This document shows, one piece after another, positions 1 through 7,922 of a stretch of DNA of 32,000 nucleotides. Both the position numbers and the translations under genes were made by a program. The notes below the pieces were generated by a model, which saw only the letters and a program-made list of their open reading frames with translations, was not told where the DNA came from and made no database searches. The DNA is from Candidatus Saccharimonadota bacterium (lineage in GTDB: Bacteria > Patescibacteriota > Gracilibacteria > UBA4473). The stretch spans positions 30,001 to 62,000 of the forward strand of contig JACKFV010000001.1 of assembly GCA_020632335.1 (NCBI GenBank), given 5' to 3'. Position 1 is the stretch's first letter. The number at the start of each line of letters is the position of its first letter.

Positions 1-651
1 GTCGTCATGGGCCTTGAAGATGCTCATGCGGTAGCTATAGAGCTGCGGGAGTATTTCTCGTGTGTGGGGTATTGCCGTAGGATCCTCCAGGGAGGTAATC
101 TGGTAGCGCTCCCCTGCCCCATAGGGGGTCTGAGACGTCTTTGCCCTATTGCGCGAGTGAACGCCATTCTCTGGCCGCTGCGTCACCACTATCCGCCAGA
201 GCTGCCCCGCGCCATCACACATATCTACCCACTGCAGGCTCTCCCACGTCCCCGAGCCAAAGGCCTCGGCATTCCCCCGCACAAAGCCTCCCAGCTGCCC
301 CGGTATGCCGGCCATGCGCTCCAGGTCTGCGTAGCCGGCGCGCGCGGTGTCCTCCACCAGCTGGCTCATGATGACCCCGGCGTCCGCGATGAGCAGCATT
401 TTCCCCTCTGGCTGTGGCTGCCAGTAGCGCTCCGCGGCGGATAGATGCACCACCGTCCCGCGGAACCCCGCATCGGCCCACGCGGTATTGCTCCCCTTCC
501 CGAGGATTCTGCAGGGGGTTTTACTCGCGTGTAGCTGCGCCCACAGCGGCGGAAGTTCGGCAATGTGCTCCACCGTGATGAGCGTATCCGCCACGCCGCC
601 TATGCCCCAAAAGGTACGTTTGCTGAGGGGGACGGTATGTTCCACTTGCAT
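1..651 (-). CDS. murB: UDP-N-acetylenolpyruvoylglucosamine reductase MurB, N-terminal part (3' end lies beyond window start)
   Basis: Minus-strand frame is open from ATG 651..649 to base 1. It is absent from the ORF track because it has no stop in the window. Hand translation MQVEHTVPLSKRTFWGIGGVADTLI..ILGKGSNTAWADAGFRGTVVHL..ADAGVIMSQLVEDTARAGYADLERMAGIPGQLGGFVRGNAEAFG fits the MurB FAD-binding motifs (GxGSN; GIPGxxGG..NAGA). Track ORF 7..444(+) is its in-phase antisense shadow. Confidence 0.75.
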   Translation of the reverse strand, partial: MQVEHTVPLSKRTFWGIGGVADTLITVEHIAELPPLWAQLHASKTPCRILGKGSNTAWADAGFRGTVVHLSAAERYWQPQPEGKMLLIADAGVIMSQLVEDTARAGYADLERMAGIPGQLGGFVRGNAEAFGSGTWESLQWVDMCDGAGQLWRIVVTQRPENGVHSRNRAKTSQTPYGAGERYQITSLEDPTAIPHTREILPQLYSYRMSIFKAHDD

Positions 652-657
652 AGACAG

Positions 658-685
658 ACTATAGAAGTATGCTGAAGACTCACAA
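658..685 (-). promoter_or_regulatory. Putative leaderless promoter of murB: TTGTGA-16-TATAGT, then 6 nt to the ATG
   Basis: Read on the minus strand: -35 TTGTGA (685..680), -10 TATAGT (663..658), gap CTGTCT, ATG at 651. Same geometry as 13 other genes in the window. Confidence 0.5.
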
Positions 686-696
686 GCAAACCACTA

Positions 697-1275
697 ATGA
701 CTACTACCCCACTGTCCCCCGAAAAGATCGTGTATCACGGCCGCATTGTGTGCGTGAAGCAGCAGGAGTTCCGGGCAGGCGACACCGTCAAAGTATTCGA
801 GCGTGCAGAGAGGGCCCCCGGCGTGCGAATGATCATTACTGATGGGCAGCGGATCCTCCTTACCCATGAGTACCGCCATGAGCTCGAGCGCTATGATTAT
901 CGCCTCCCAGGAGGGAAGGTGGTAGATTCTCTGGAAGAATACCTCGAGATCTCGGGAGATATGACAGCGTATGCCGAGGAAGCCGTACGCCGTGAAGCAC
1001 GAGAAGAAGCGGGCGTAGATGTCCAGTCACTGCGGTTACTAGGGGTGAGCCACTGCGGCGCTACCATGGTATGGGATCTCTACTACTATGTGGTGGAGCA
1101 GTTCCAGCAACTACCACACCAGCAGTTAGAAGCGGGAGAGTCCATAACCGTACAGTGGTTTTCCATTGACGAAGTGTACGCCATGTGTATGAATGGGGCT
1201 GTAAGTGAAGAACGAAGTGCACTCGTGCTCTTACGCTTTATCCCTACTCTCTCCTCTCATGAACCTCTGGACTGA
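697..1275 (+). CDS. Nudix hydrolase (ADP-ribose pyrophosphatase-like)
   Basis: 192-aa ORF with a Nudix box region: LPGGKVV..(insert)..AVRREAREEAGVD. Ends in TGA and overlaps the ppa start by 17 nt. Confidence 0.75.
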   Translation: MTTTPLSPEKIVYHGRIVCVKQQEFRAGDTVKVFERAERAPGVRMIITDGQRILLTHEYRHELERYDYRLPGGKVVDSLEEYLEISGDMTAYAEEAVRREAREEAGVDVQSLRLLGVSHCGATMVWDLYYYVVEQFQQLPHQQLEAGESITVQWFSIDEVYAMCMNGAVSEERSALVLLRFIPTLSSHEPLD

Positions 1276-1795
1276 TATTCCCCTCCGCGGTAAGAAAAAT
1301 AATACCTTCCACGCGGTGGTGGAAATCCCCAAGGGGAGCTTTGTAAAGTATGAGTACGACCATGACCTGGGCACTATGATGCACGACCGCACGCTGCGCG
1401 TACCCATGGGCTACCCCCACAACTACGGGTTCTTCCCCCAGACGTGGAATCAGTACGACCAGGACCCCATGGACGTGCTGATCATTACCCCCTATGCCAT
1501 CAACCAGGGAGTGACGGTGCCCGTGCGCGTGGTGGGGATGCTGGAGATGGACGACAGCGGCGAGCTGGACCACAAGATCATCGCTGTACCGGCTAGTGAC
1601 GCCAGCTGTGATGGTATTCAGGACCTAGAGGACATCCCCTCAGAGCGCCGAGGACGGCTAGAGTGGTTCATAGCCAACTACAAGGCGCGCAAGGGCGGCA
1701 ACGCCAAGGTGACGATCCTCGGGTGGAAGGGGGCGGCGGCGGCGCTGGAATTCCTGGAAGAGTGCAGCGCGGCGTACGAAAAGCGCTCCCACTAG
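1259..1795 (+). CDS. ppa: Inorganic pyrophosphatase, family I
   Basis: FHAVVEIPKGSFVKYEYD..DR..YPHNYGFFPQT..DQDPMDVLI..LEMDDSGELDHKIIAV are family I PPase signatures. Start chosen at ATG 1259 (MNLWTDIPL..); the track ORF begins at 1205 inside the Nudix gene. Confidence 0.85.
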   Translation: MNLWTDIPLRGKKNNTFHAVVEIPKGSFVKYEYDHDLGTMMHDRTLRVPMGYPHNYGFFPQTWNQYDQDPMDVLIITPYAINQGVTVPVRVVGMLEMDDSGELDHKIIAVPASDASCDGIQDLEDIPSERRGRLEWFIANYKARKGGNAKVTILGWKGAAAALEFLEECSAAYEKRSH

Positions 1796-3954
1796 GGGCG
1801 AGAGGTCACGAGCGTCGGCCAGAGGATGGTGCTGTTTTGGCTCGTGATGCAGCCCCCGGGGTAGCCGTAGCTGCCGTTGGGCAGGACCTCCGTAGCGTAG
1901 GTGCACTCGCTGCCACCCGGGCGATACCGCCTCAGGCGACTGAGATCATACGCGGCGCTGACGGCCTCAGCCTCTTGCCCGTCCCACACGGTACCGGTGA
2001 GCATCTCAGGAGAGTCGAGCAGACTGCCCCACGGCGTGTGCAGCTGCGGCTGGGTCGTCGTCTGGTCCTTCACGGTGCTGCCACCCACGGTATTCTGCGT
2101 CGAGAGACTCCCCACAACGAGCAGCTGCGCGGTGGCGTCCTCAGCGCCAGTGATGACCGAAGACCAGTCTGAGAGCGGCATGGTGGTATTCTCGGGTACG
2201 CGTAGCAACGCCCCATCAGCGTAGATATGCGCGTGGAGCCGCCGCACATCGTCCTCTATAAAGACATTGCCGGTAGCGGGGAAGGGAGCCTGCGTGTCAT
2301 TCAGCAGGTAGATATGCAGCGTGCTGGTGGTGGTAGACGGCAGCAGATCATCCGCGATGAGCAGATTCCCGTTGCGGATAAGCAGCACCTGGTGCCCGGC
2401 CGGCAGCTGGCTGATATAGCGAATCCCACGAGTAGTGCCCACCCCGGTGGTGCCCAGCAGCGTCACGTCCTCGTTCTCGTAGAGGAGGGCGTTTTGCCCA
2501 TTCCAGAAGGCACTCATGGCCTCCGTTCCGTCTAGCCCGGTGTACAGCAGCGGCAACGAGCGAATCGCATCCGCCCGGTGGAGTGTCTCCAGCCCGGTAG
2601 TGCGAGCGATGCGGTCTGTGCTGGTGCCCGGTGCGGTGTCTATCTCACTGGTGGTGGGGCTAGCTATCAGGTGCCCTGCCTCCACTGCAAATCCGTACTG
2701 TGCCATACTCGCCACGTCACAGTTATAGCCCCAGATCTCCTCACACGTCTCCTCCGCCACGCCGCTGACGTCCATACCGCCACTGTAGTAGCGCACGGTT
2801 TTCCCTCCCACGGTGTACTGCGCCAGGGTGTAGAAGTCCAGCGGCTCGCCACTATAGACGTAGGGAGCCACCTCTGTGGGGGTCGTGGGGACCTCATAGG
2901 GCGTGAGGTCGCTGGTGTCTATAGGCCCCAGGATGCTGTAGGGCAGCGCCTCCGCACTGTAGGAGAGCTGTGTGAGCTGGTCCATACTCGTGCGCAGCTG
3001 CAGTACGTCCAGCGTGATGCCGGGCGTAGCGCTCATCTGCAGGGCATAGTCTGGGGTGAGGGTGAGGGTGTTTTCCTCGCCTATCTGCAGGAGCTCGAGG
3101 CTGGGGGTCAGGCTCGCCAGCGGCAGCGCGGTGAGCAGTACCCGGCGCTGGAGGGGGGTGATCGCGGTGCTATGCGGCGTGCCATCTGGCGTGATGCGGG
3201 GCACCCACACGGTATAGCTCAGGCCATTCTCCACCACCTGGGAGAGCGTGATTATCGTCTGTCCGCTCTGCACGGGGTGCACGATGCTGGGGGCTATGGC
3301 GGCTATGGCCTGGCCGATGGTGCCCCCCGTCATGGTGAGGGTCTGTGGAGTGGTGAGTAGCGCGGTGCCTGTACTCGCGTTCCGTAGCCCGTCTGCGAAA
3401 CTGGTGGCCAGGTTTGCCTCTGGGGTGAGGGCGTCGGCAGTGATGCTGGTGGTCATCGTGGTGCCCTCCAGCTGCGTGAGTGTATTGCCGTAGGGGTCGC
3501 GCAGCGGCAAGCTCCACAGGCAACTATCAGCCCCGTCAGCGTACACCGTGCAGCTCTGGGACTGGCTCACCGCACCTGGGCTGCCCGGCATGACGGTCAC
3601 GGTTTTGCTCCCACTGGTGCTGCCACTGCTACTCAGGCCCTCTATGGTGTAGGTTCCCGCGGCGGTGAAACAGCGATCAGCGGTACTATTGGGACTATTC
3701 AGGAGGGTCATGCCGCCCTGCCAGAGCGCCAGTGGGAAGGTCACGGTGCTGCCCGTCTGGCCCATGCAGGTCATGCTGGTGCCGGGCTCAGCGGGGTTGA
3801 AGCTCACCTGCAAGCTGACGATAGGGTCGCTGCCGGCTACGGGGAGGGAGCTCAGGGTTATTGCTCCCCCACTGGGAGCCGGCCCAGGGGTTACCGTAGC
3901 CCAACTATAGCCGAGGAAGAGGAGGGGGAGAGAGCTCCAGAGGAGGCGGTGCAT
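1792..3954 (-). CDS. Hypothetical large secreted protein (720 aa), no recognised domain
   Basis: Start at ATG 3954 gives a signal-peptide-like N-terminus (MHRLLWSSLPLLFLGYSWA). T/S/G-rich, scattered Cys pairs, no motif I recognise. A TACACT -10 box lies 6 nt upstream of this ATG. Confidence 0.7.
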   Translation of the reverse strand: MHRLLWSSLPLLFLGYSWATVTPGPAPSGGAITLSSLPVAGSDPIVSLQVSFNPAEPGTSMTCMGQTGSTVTFPLALWQGGMTLLNSPNSTADRCFTAAGTYTIEGLSSSGSTSGSKTVTVMPGSPGAVSQSQSCTVYADGADSCLWSLPLRDPYGNTLTQLEGTTMTTSITADALTPEANLATSFADGLRNASTGTALLTTPQTLTMTGGTIGQAIAAIAPSIVHPVQSGQTIITLSQVVENGLSYTVWVPRITPDGTPHSTAITPLQRRVLLTALPLASLTPSLELLQIGEENTLTLTPDYALQMSATPGITLDVLQLRTSMDQLTQLSYSAEALPYSILGPIDTSDLTPYEVPTTPTEVAPYVYSGEPLDFYTLAQYTVGGKTVRYYSGGMDVSGVAEETCEEIWGYNCDVASMAQYGFAVEAGHLIASPTTSEIDTAPGTSTDRIARTTGLETLHRADAIRSLPLLYTGLDGTEAMSAFWNGQNALLYENEDVTLLGTTGVGTTRGIRYISQLPAGHQVLLIRNGNLLIADDLLPSTTTSTLHIYLLNDTQAPFPATGNVFIEDDVRRLHAHIYADGALLRVPENTTMPLSDWSSVITGAEDATAQLLVVGSLSTQNTVGGSTVKDQTTTQPQLHTPWGSLLDSPEMLTGTVWDGQEAEAVSAAYDLSRLRRYRPGGSECTYATEVLPNGSYGYPGGCITSQNSTILWPTLVTSRP

Positions 3955-3960
3955 CGCTCT

Positions 3961-3990
3961 AGTGTACCGCAGAACCTGCCCGCAGAGCAA
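3961..3990 (-). promoter_or_regulatory. Putative leaderless promoter: TTGCTC-18-TACACT, then 6 nt to ATG 3954
   Basis: Minus strand: -10 TACACT (3966..3961), gap AGAGCG, ATG 3954. The -35 is weak (TTGCTC, 18-nt spacer). Confidence 0.4.
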
Positions 3991-3993
3991 GCC

Positions 3994-5058
3994 CTAACCG
4001 TGCATAAAGAGCGCGATGATGAGCCCCACGCCGCCGCAGATGGCCCCGAGGATCCAGAAGCGCATGACGATCTGCGTTTCGCTCCACCCGCGGTGCTCAA
4101 AGTAGTGGTGCAGCGGTGCTACGGGCCAGAGCTTTTTCTGCAGCATGCCGCGCTGGACCAGCTTCTTGCTGGCTATTTGGCTGAGAGAACTCAATGCCTC
4201 CATGGCGAAAATCAGCCCAATAACGGGCAGCAGCACCACGGTATCGGTCAGCATGGCCACCACCCCCAGCGTCGCCCCCAGGCTCAGCGCGCCCGTATCG
4301 CCCATGAAGATACTCGCCGGTGGCACATTAAACCAGAGAAAGGCCACCAGCGCCCCCACCACCAGCATACAAAAAGTCGCTAATATCGGCAGCCCCTGCA
4401 GGTAGGCAATGACCGCATAGACCGTAAACGCAATGGCCAAGAGCCCACCCGCCAGACCATCCAGGCCGTCGGTGATATTGACCGCGTGGGTGGTACTCAC
4501 CATCACCAGCATGAAGAGCGGAAAATACCAGTAGCCGATGTCGACGAGGCCTAGCCACGGGAGGGTGAGCTGGCTCCACCCCAGCTGGCACGTAAACCAC
4601 CACGCCCCCACCAGCGAGAAGAGCAGCAGCGTCCACCACTTTACTCGGCTGCTGAGGCCCTTCACTTTGCCCCGCTCGATGATATTCAGGTAGTCGTCTA
4701 GCATCCCCAGGCCCCCCACACACAGCAGGGTAAAGAGCGCCAGATAGGTCTCACCGCGGTTGAGCAGGCTGGAGTCGATAATACCGAGCAGGCTAAAGAG
4801 CCGGCTGAGCAGCACCGTGAAGGTCACCGACGCCACCACCAGCACGCCGCCCATATTGGGCGTGCCGGCCTTATGTGCGTGGAACTGCTGAAAAATGGTG
4901 GCCTTATCCCCCGTGATGCTGTCCTCGCGAATCTTCTTGGTGAACTTCAGCCGCTGGATAAGCGCGATAAAGTCCGGGTACAAAATAGCCGCCACAAAGA
5001 AAGTAAACCCCGTATAGGCAAAGAGCTGCAACAGGTGAGCGATATGGAGAGATTTCAT
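3994..5058 (-). CDS. mraY: Phospho-N-acetylmuramoyl-pentapeptide transferase MraY
   Basis: Multi-pass membrane protein with KKIRED..HAHKAGTPNMGGVLVV, NITDGLDGLAGG and NVPPASIFMGDTGALSLG motifs. Start set at ATG 5058 (MKSLHIAHLL..) because the track extension to 5148 overlaps tRNA-Gly. Confidence 0.9.
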   Translation of the reverse strand: MKSLHIAHLLQLFAYTGFTFFVAAILYPDFIALIQRLKFTKKIREDSITGDKATIFQQFHAHKAGTPNMGGVLVVASVTFTVLLSRLFSLLGIIDSSLLNRGETYLALFTLLCVGGLGMLDDYLNIIERGKVKGLSSRVKWWTLLLFSLVGAWWFTCQLGWSQLTLPWLGLVDIGYWYFPLFMLVMVSTTHAVNITDGLDGLAGGLLAIAFTVYAVIAYLQGLPILATFCMLVVGALVAFLWFNVPPASIFMGDTGALSLGATLGVVAMLTDTVVLLPVIGLIFAMEALSSLSQIASKKLVQRGMLQKKLWPVAPLHHYFEHRGWSETQIVMRFWILGAICGGVGLIIALFMHG

Positions 5059-5109
5059 GCAGGTTTCGGCAAGTGATGGCCCCGTCCTCATGCCCTGGAG
5101 AAGTGTATG

Positions 5110-5184
5110 TGGAGCACGTGGCGAGAATCGAACTCGCGTTTCTGCCATGGCAAGGCAATGTAATAGCCATTATACGACACGTGC
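5110..5184 (-). tRNA. tRNA-Gly (anticodon GCC), CCA encoded
   Basis: Hand-folded from the reverse complement: GCACGTG TC GTAT-AATGGCT-ATTAC A TTGCC-TTGCCAT-GGCAG AAAC GCGAG-TTCGATT-CTCGC CACGTGC T CCA. 75 nt, 7-bp acceptor stem, 5-bp T stem, TTCGATT T-loop, discriminator U. Confidence 0.9.
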
Positions 5185-5189
5185 GAAGC

Positions 5190-5205
5190 GCCCGGACCCC
5201 CGGGC
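5190..5205 (-). other. Perfect GC hairpin (gcccgg-accc-ccgggc) between the rplT stop and the tRNA-Gly 5' end
   Basis: 6-bp inverted repeat with a 4-nt loop. No T-run follows on either strand, so it is not a canonical intrinsic terminator. Possibly a processing or stability element. Confidence 0.4.
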
Positions 5206-5216
5206 AGATAAAAGAA

Positions 5217-5582
5217 CTAGGCTTGTAGAGGAGTAGTGCTTTGCCCCAGAGTCACCAGTTTATCGAAGATAGCGGGGTAGTTGATGGCCAGCTCGCTCAG
5301 GGTTTTGCGGTCTAGATCCACTCGGGCGTGCATCCAGCGGTGCATCATGGTGCTGTATTTCTCGCCGCGGTTGCGCAGGGCGATGTTGATCCGCGTGATC
5401 CACAGCTGGCGGAAGTCGCGCTTCTTCTGCTTGCGTCCGCGATAGGCGTGCTGCCCGGCCTTGATGAAGGCCTGGTTAGCGATGCGGAACACGGTGTGAT
5501 TCTTGCCGCGGTAGCCCTTGGTGGCCTGGCGGATCTTCTGGTGTTTGGCGCGGGTAGCGGGACCGGAGGTAACTCGTACCAT
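5217..5582 (-). CDS. rplT: 50S ribosomal protein L20
   Basis: 121 aa: MVRVTSGPATRAKHQKIRQATKGYRGKNHTVFRIANQAFIKAGQHAYRGRKQKKRDFRQLWITRIN is a typical bL20 sequence. Confidence 0.95.
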   Translation of the reverse strand: MVRVTSGPATRAKHQKIRQATKGYRGKNHTVFRIANQAFIKAGQHAYRGRKQKKRDFRQLWITRINIALRNRGEKYSTMMHRWMHARVDLDRKTLSELAINYPAIFDKLVTLGQSTTPLQA

Positions 5583-5610
5583 GGGAAGGAAAAACTAAAA
5601 CTACTAAGTA

Positions 5611-5805
5611 CTAAGAGAGCGTGACGGCCTTCAACAGTGAGGTGTGCGTCTTGGGTGCTGCCTGGAGGCCCTTACGCCGCGTACGATTCTGCCGGTTGGT
5701 CTTGCTGCTCAGCAGGTGGTGGCGGTTCGCAGCGGCTATTTTGAACCCACTTTTAGTGCTCTTGACGCGCTTGGCGGCAGCTGATTTGGTCTTCATCTTT
5801 GGCAT
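5611..5805 (-). CDS. rpmI: 50S ribosomal protein L35
   Basis: MPKMKTKSAAAKRVKSTKSGFKIAAANRHHLL.. is a typical bL35 N-terminus. Start at ATG 5805, 64 aa. Confidence 0.9.
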   Translation of the reverse strand: MPKMKTKSAAAKRVKSTKSGFKIAAANRHHLLSSKTNRQNRTRRKGLQAAPKTHTSLLKAVTLS

Positions 5806-5841
5806 GACTGGCAGCATTAGGAGGGGTGCATTTGCCCTTAC

Positions 5842-6402
5842 TTAGGGTTTCAGGATCATAATGCCTTGCCGGCCAGAAATCTTGGGCGGCGTGTCGATAG
5901 TATAGGGCGACTCTAGGGCGTCAAGAAATGCTTGCATTTTTTCGAGCGCGATGTCCTTATGCGCCATCTCTCGGCCCTTTATCTGCAGCGTTACCTTGAT
6001 GCTATGCCCCTCAGAGAGGAAGTCATCGGTGTGCTTGGCCTGGCGCTGCATGTCTCCTACGTCCATACGGAAGGTCAGGCGTATCCCCTTGAGCTCCGCG
6101 GCGGTGGTCTTGCGCTTCATTTCTTTGTCAATCTTCTGCTGCGCGTAGAGGAGTTTTCCCACGTCTATGAGCTTGCACACGGGCGGATCAGCCTTAGGAC
6201 TCACCTCCACGAGGTCGACTTCGCGGTCTTTGGCGGCCCAGAGCGCGTCTTGCAGAGACATCACTCCGAGGACCTCCCCGTCAGGCAGTAGCACGCGCAC
6301 GGGGTCGGCAGTGATCTGCTTATTCACTCGGTACTTGGGTTTGGGGTCGATGGTCTGGGAGGGGCGTTTGTTCTTGCGGCCGCCGCGGAAGGAGAGTCCT
6401 AT
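5842..6402 (-). CDS. infC: Translation initiation factor IF-3 (5' boundary uncertain; probable non-AUG start)
   Basis: ..YRVNKQITADPVRVLLPDGEVLGVMSLQDALWAAKDREVDLVEVSPKADPPVCKLIDVGKLLY.. is the IF3 N-domain and linker. The track starts at GTG 6327, but the frame stays open up to the TAA at 6417..6415 and encodes a basic tail (I)GLSFRGGRKNKRPSQTIDPKPKYR like the IF3 N-terminal tail. The only candidate starts there are ATA (6402) and ATC (6351). Confidence 0.85.
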   Translation of the reverse strand: MGLSFRGGRKNKRPSQTIDPKPKYRVNKQITADPVRVLLPDGEVLGVMSLQDALWAAKDREVDLVEVSPKADPPVCKLIDVGKLLYAQQKIDKEMKRKTTAAELKGIRLTFRMDVGDMQRQAKHTDDFLSEGHSIKVTLQIKGREMAHKDIALEKMQAFLDALESPYTIDTPPKISGRQGIMILKP

Positions 6403-6426
6403 GGCTGGGGTGGATTAGGTAGCGGC

Positions 6427-6454
6427 ATTGTAATGGCCCTGCAGCGAATGTCAA
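6427..6454 (-). promoter_or_regulatory. Near-consensus sigma70-type promoter upstream of infC: TTGACA-16-TACAAT
   Basis: Minus strand: -35 TTGACA (6454..6449) overlaps the TGA stop of the upstream gene. 16-nt spacer, -10 TACAAT (6432..6427). Predicted TSS near 6420, about 18 nt before the ATA codon at 6402. Confidence 0.6.
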
Positions 6455-7023
6455 AATCCCTCTGGTGCCTCGTATCGCACCGTCCAGCCCGGCGCATGAG
6501 CGGTCAGCAGCGCGTGACTCCCCGAGAGGAGCGGTATAGCCCCAGCCTCTGCGGGAGGGGTGAGCGGCGGGCTGTAGAAGAGCGCGGTGCTGGGCAGGGG
6601 GAGGCTCTCCGGTGCGGAAGAGAGCAGCGCGAGGAAGTCGCTCTGCAGGGACGCTGGGACGACGCGCAGCTGCTGCCAGTCTGGCGTGCGGGTGATAATG
6701 AGCATGCCTGGCGTTACGCGTACGACCCCGGTGGCCAGGCAGCTGACACGCGGGCTCAGCGCGGCGGCCCCCTCTGTGCAGAGTGGCATAACGCGCTCCC
6801 TGCCCCAGTACCACCAGGTGTAGCCCATCCAGTCAGCCAGGACCGCCGCGTGCAGGGGGTCACTGGCGGACGAGCTCCAGAAGCGCTGCCCGTCACGGAT
6901 GCTCACCCCATCCTGCGTCAGGTATACCTCCAGCGCGGTGACGTGCTGATGGGCGTCCTCATAGACCCCCCAGCCGAGCACCCCCAGCAGCCCCATCGCT
7001 AGCCAGCGGGAGAGGGAGCGCAT
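6451..7023 (-). CDS. Hypothetical membrane-anchored protein
   Basis: Start at ATG 7023 (MRSLSRWLAMGLLGVLGWGVY = N-terminal TM or signal anchor). It overlaps the upstream stop in TAATG. No recognised domain. The opposite-strand ORF 6433..7002 is R/G/Q-rich and judged a shadow. Confidence 0.55.
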   Translation of the reverse strand: MRSLSRWLAMGLLGVLGWGVYEDAHQHVTALEVYLTQDGVSIRDGQRFWSSSASDPLHAAVLADWMGYTWWYWGRERVMPLCTEGAAALSPRVSCLATGVVRVTPGMLIITRTPDWQQLRVVPASLQSDFLALLSSAPESLPLPSTALFYSPPLTPPAEAGAIPLLSGSHALLTAHAPGWTVRYEAPEGF

Positions 7024-7922
7024 TAGTTGAGGGATTCCAGCACCATGAGCCGCCGCCACAGGAGCATCCATACATTAGCCTGGAAGACCTCCACCAGCGC
7101 CGTCACCCACGCCACCATGCCGATGAGGATCAGCCCCAGCACCAGCGCAATAGCCAGTACCAGCCCCTGCGCCGCGGGCCCCACGTACACCACCAGCAAG
7201 ACAGGCAGCGCAAAGACCACTGCGGCGTTGAGGAAAATCCGGAGGTGTACCAGCAGCATCAGCAGCAGCATAGCGGCTACTTGCTCGAAGCGGATCCACA
7301 CCAGGCGGATACTAGCGCTGATGCTCTCGCGGACGTCCATATTCCGGTAGACGATAAAGAGCGGCGAGAAGATGCAGAAGAGCATCACTATGAGGCAGAG
7401 CAGCAGATACACCAGAATAATGGTGAGGAGCAGCTGTGGGTTGACCATAGTATGCACAAAGCGAAAGAGCGTGAGCGACCACAGCAAGATGCTCATAAAG
7501 GCAAAGGGCGCCAGCACTGCATGCATACGGAAGAGCGGCCAGAAGTGCGCCGACGCGTCGATGAGGTGCTTGCGGAGGTTGCCCTCCTTCCCGGTCTCGA
7601 GCTTCTCTTGCACCCCCAGGTAGAGCGTGGAGTTCACCCAGCTGGGCAGGATAAACGTGAAGAGGATCACCACAATCAGCAGGTTCACAAACCACAGCAC
7701 CAGGCTCTTCTCCACCAGGAGGCTAAAGAAATCCCCTATCATGGAGTAGCTGAACCGTGCCCCCAGGAAACCAAACTCTGAGGCGTACATCCACACCTGC
7801 CAGCCGATGCGCGCGGTATACGCCACCACACTCACAAAGGCCGGGATGAAGATCAGCCGAGTGAGTTTCGGGGTTTGCTTGGTGAGTTCCCAGGCAGCGG
7901 CGATGATGCGGGCATAGTTCAT
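7023..7922 (-). CDS. Hypothetical polytopic membrane protein (about 6-7 TM segments)
   Basis: 299 aa from ATG 7922 (MNYARIIAAAWELTKQ..) with repeated long hydrophobic stretches. Alternative TTG start at 7970 would add MCTRVEVLRWHPCPCC. No family recognised. Confidence 0.65.
   Translation of the reverse strand: MNYARIIAAAWELTKQTPKLTRLIFIPAFVSVVAYTARIGWQVWMYASEFGFLGARFSYSMIGDFFSLLVEKSLVLWFVNLLIVVILFTFILPSWVNSTLYLGVQEKLETGKEGNLRKHLIDASAHFWPLFRMHAVLAPFAFMSILLWSLTLFRFVHTMVNPQLLLTIILVYLLLCLIVMLFCIFSPLFIVYRNMDVRESISASIRLVWIRFEQVAAMLLLMLLVHLRIFLNAAVVFALPVLLVVYVGPAAQGLVLAIALVLGLILIGMVAWVTALVEVFQANVWMLLWRRLMVLESLN

Noticed and set aside
7-444. Plus-strand ORFs 7..444 and 141..371, and minus-strand ORFs 215..481 and 366..563 from the track.
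   Set aside because: The minus-strand frame ending at base 1 encodes a clear MurB N-terminal domain across 1..651. The listed ORFs are alternative-frame or antisense shadows.
5059-5148. N-terminal extension of the mraY ORF (track start 5148).
   Set aside because: The extension overlaps tRNA-Gly (5110..5184) and has no MraY homology. ATG 5058 yields a typical MraY N-terminus.
6433-7002. 189-aa plus-strand ORF opposite the 6451..7023 gene.
   Set aside because: Its product is R/G/Q/E-rich with no hydrophobic core or motif. The minus-strand ORF has an N-terminal TM anchor and a TAATG coupling junction with the upstream gene.
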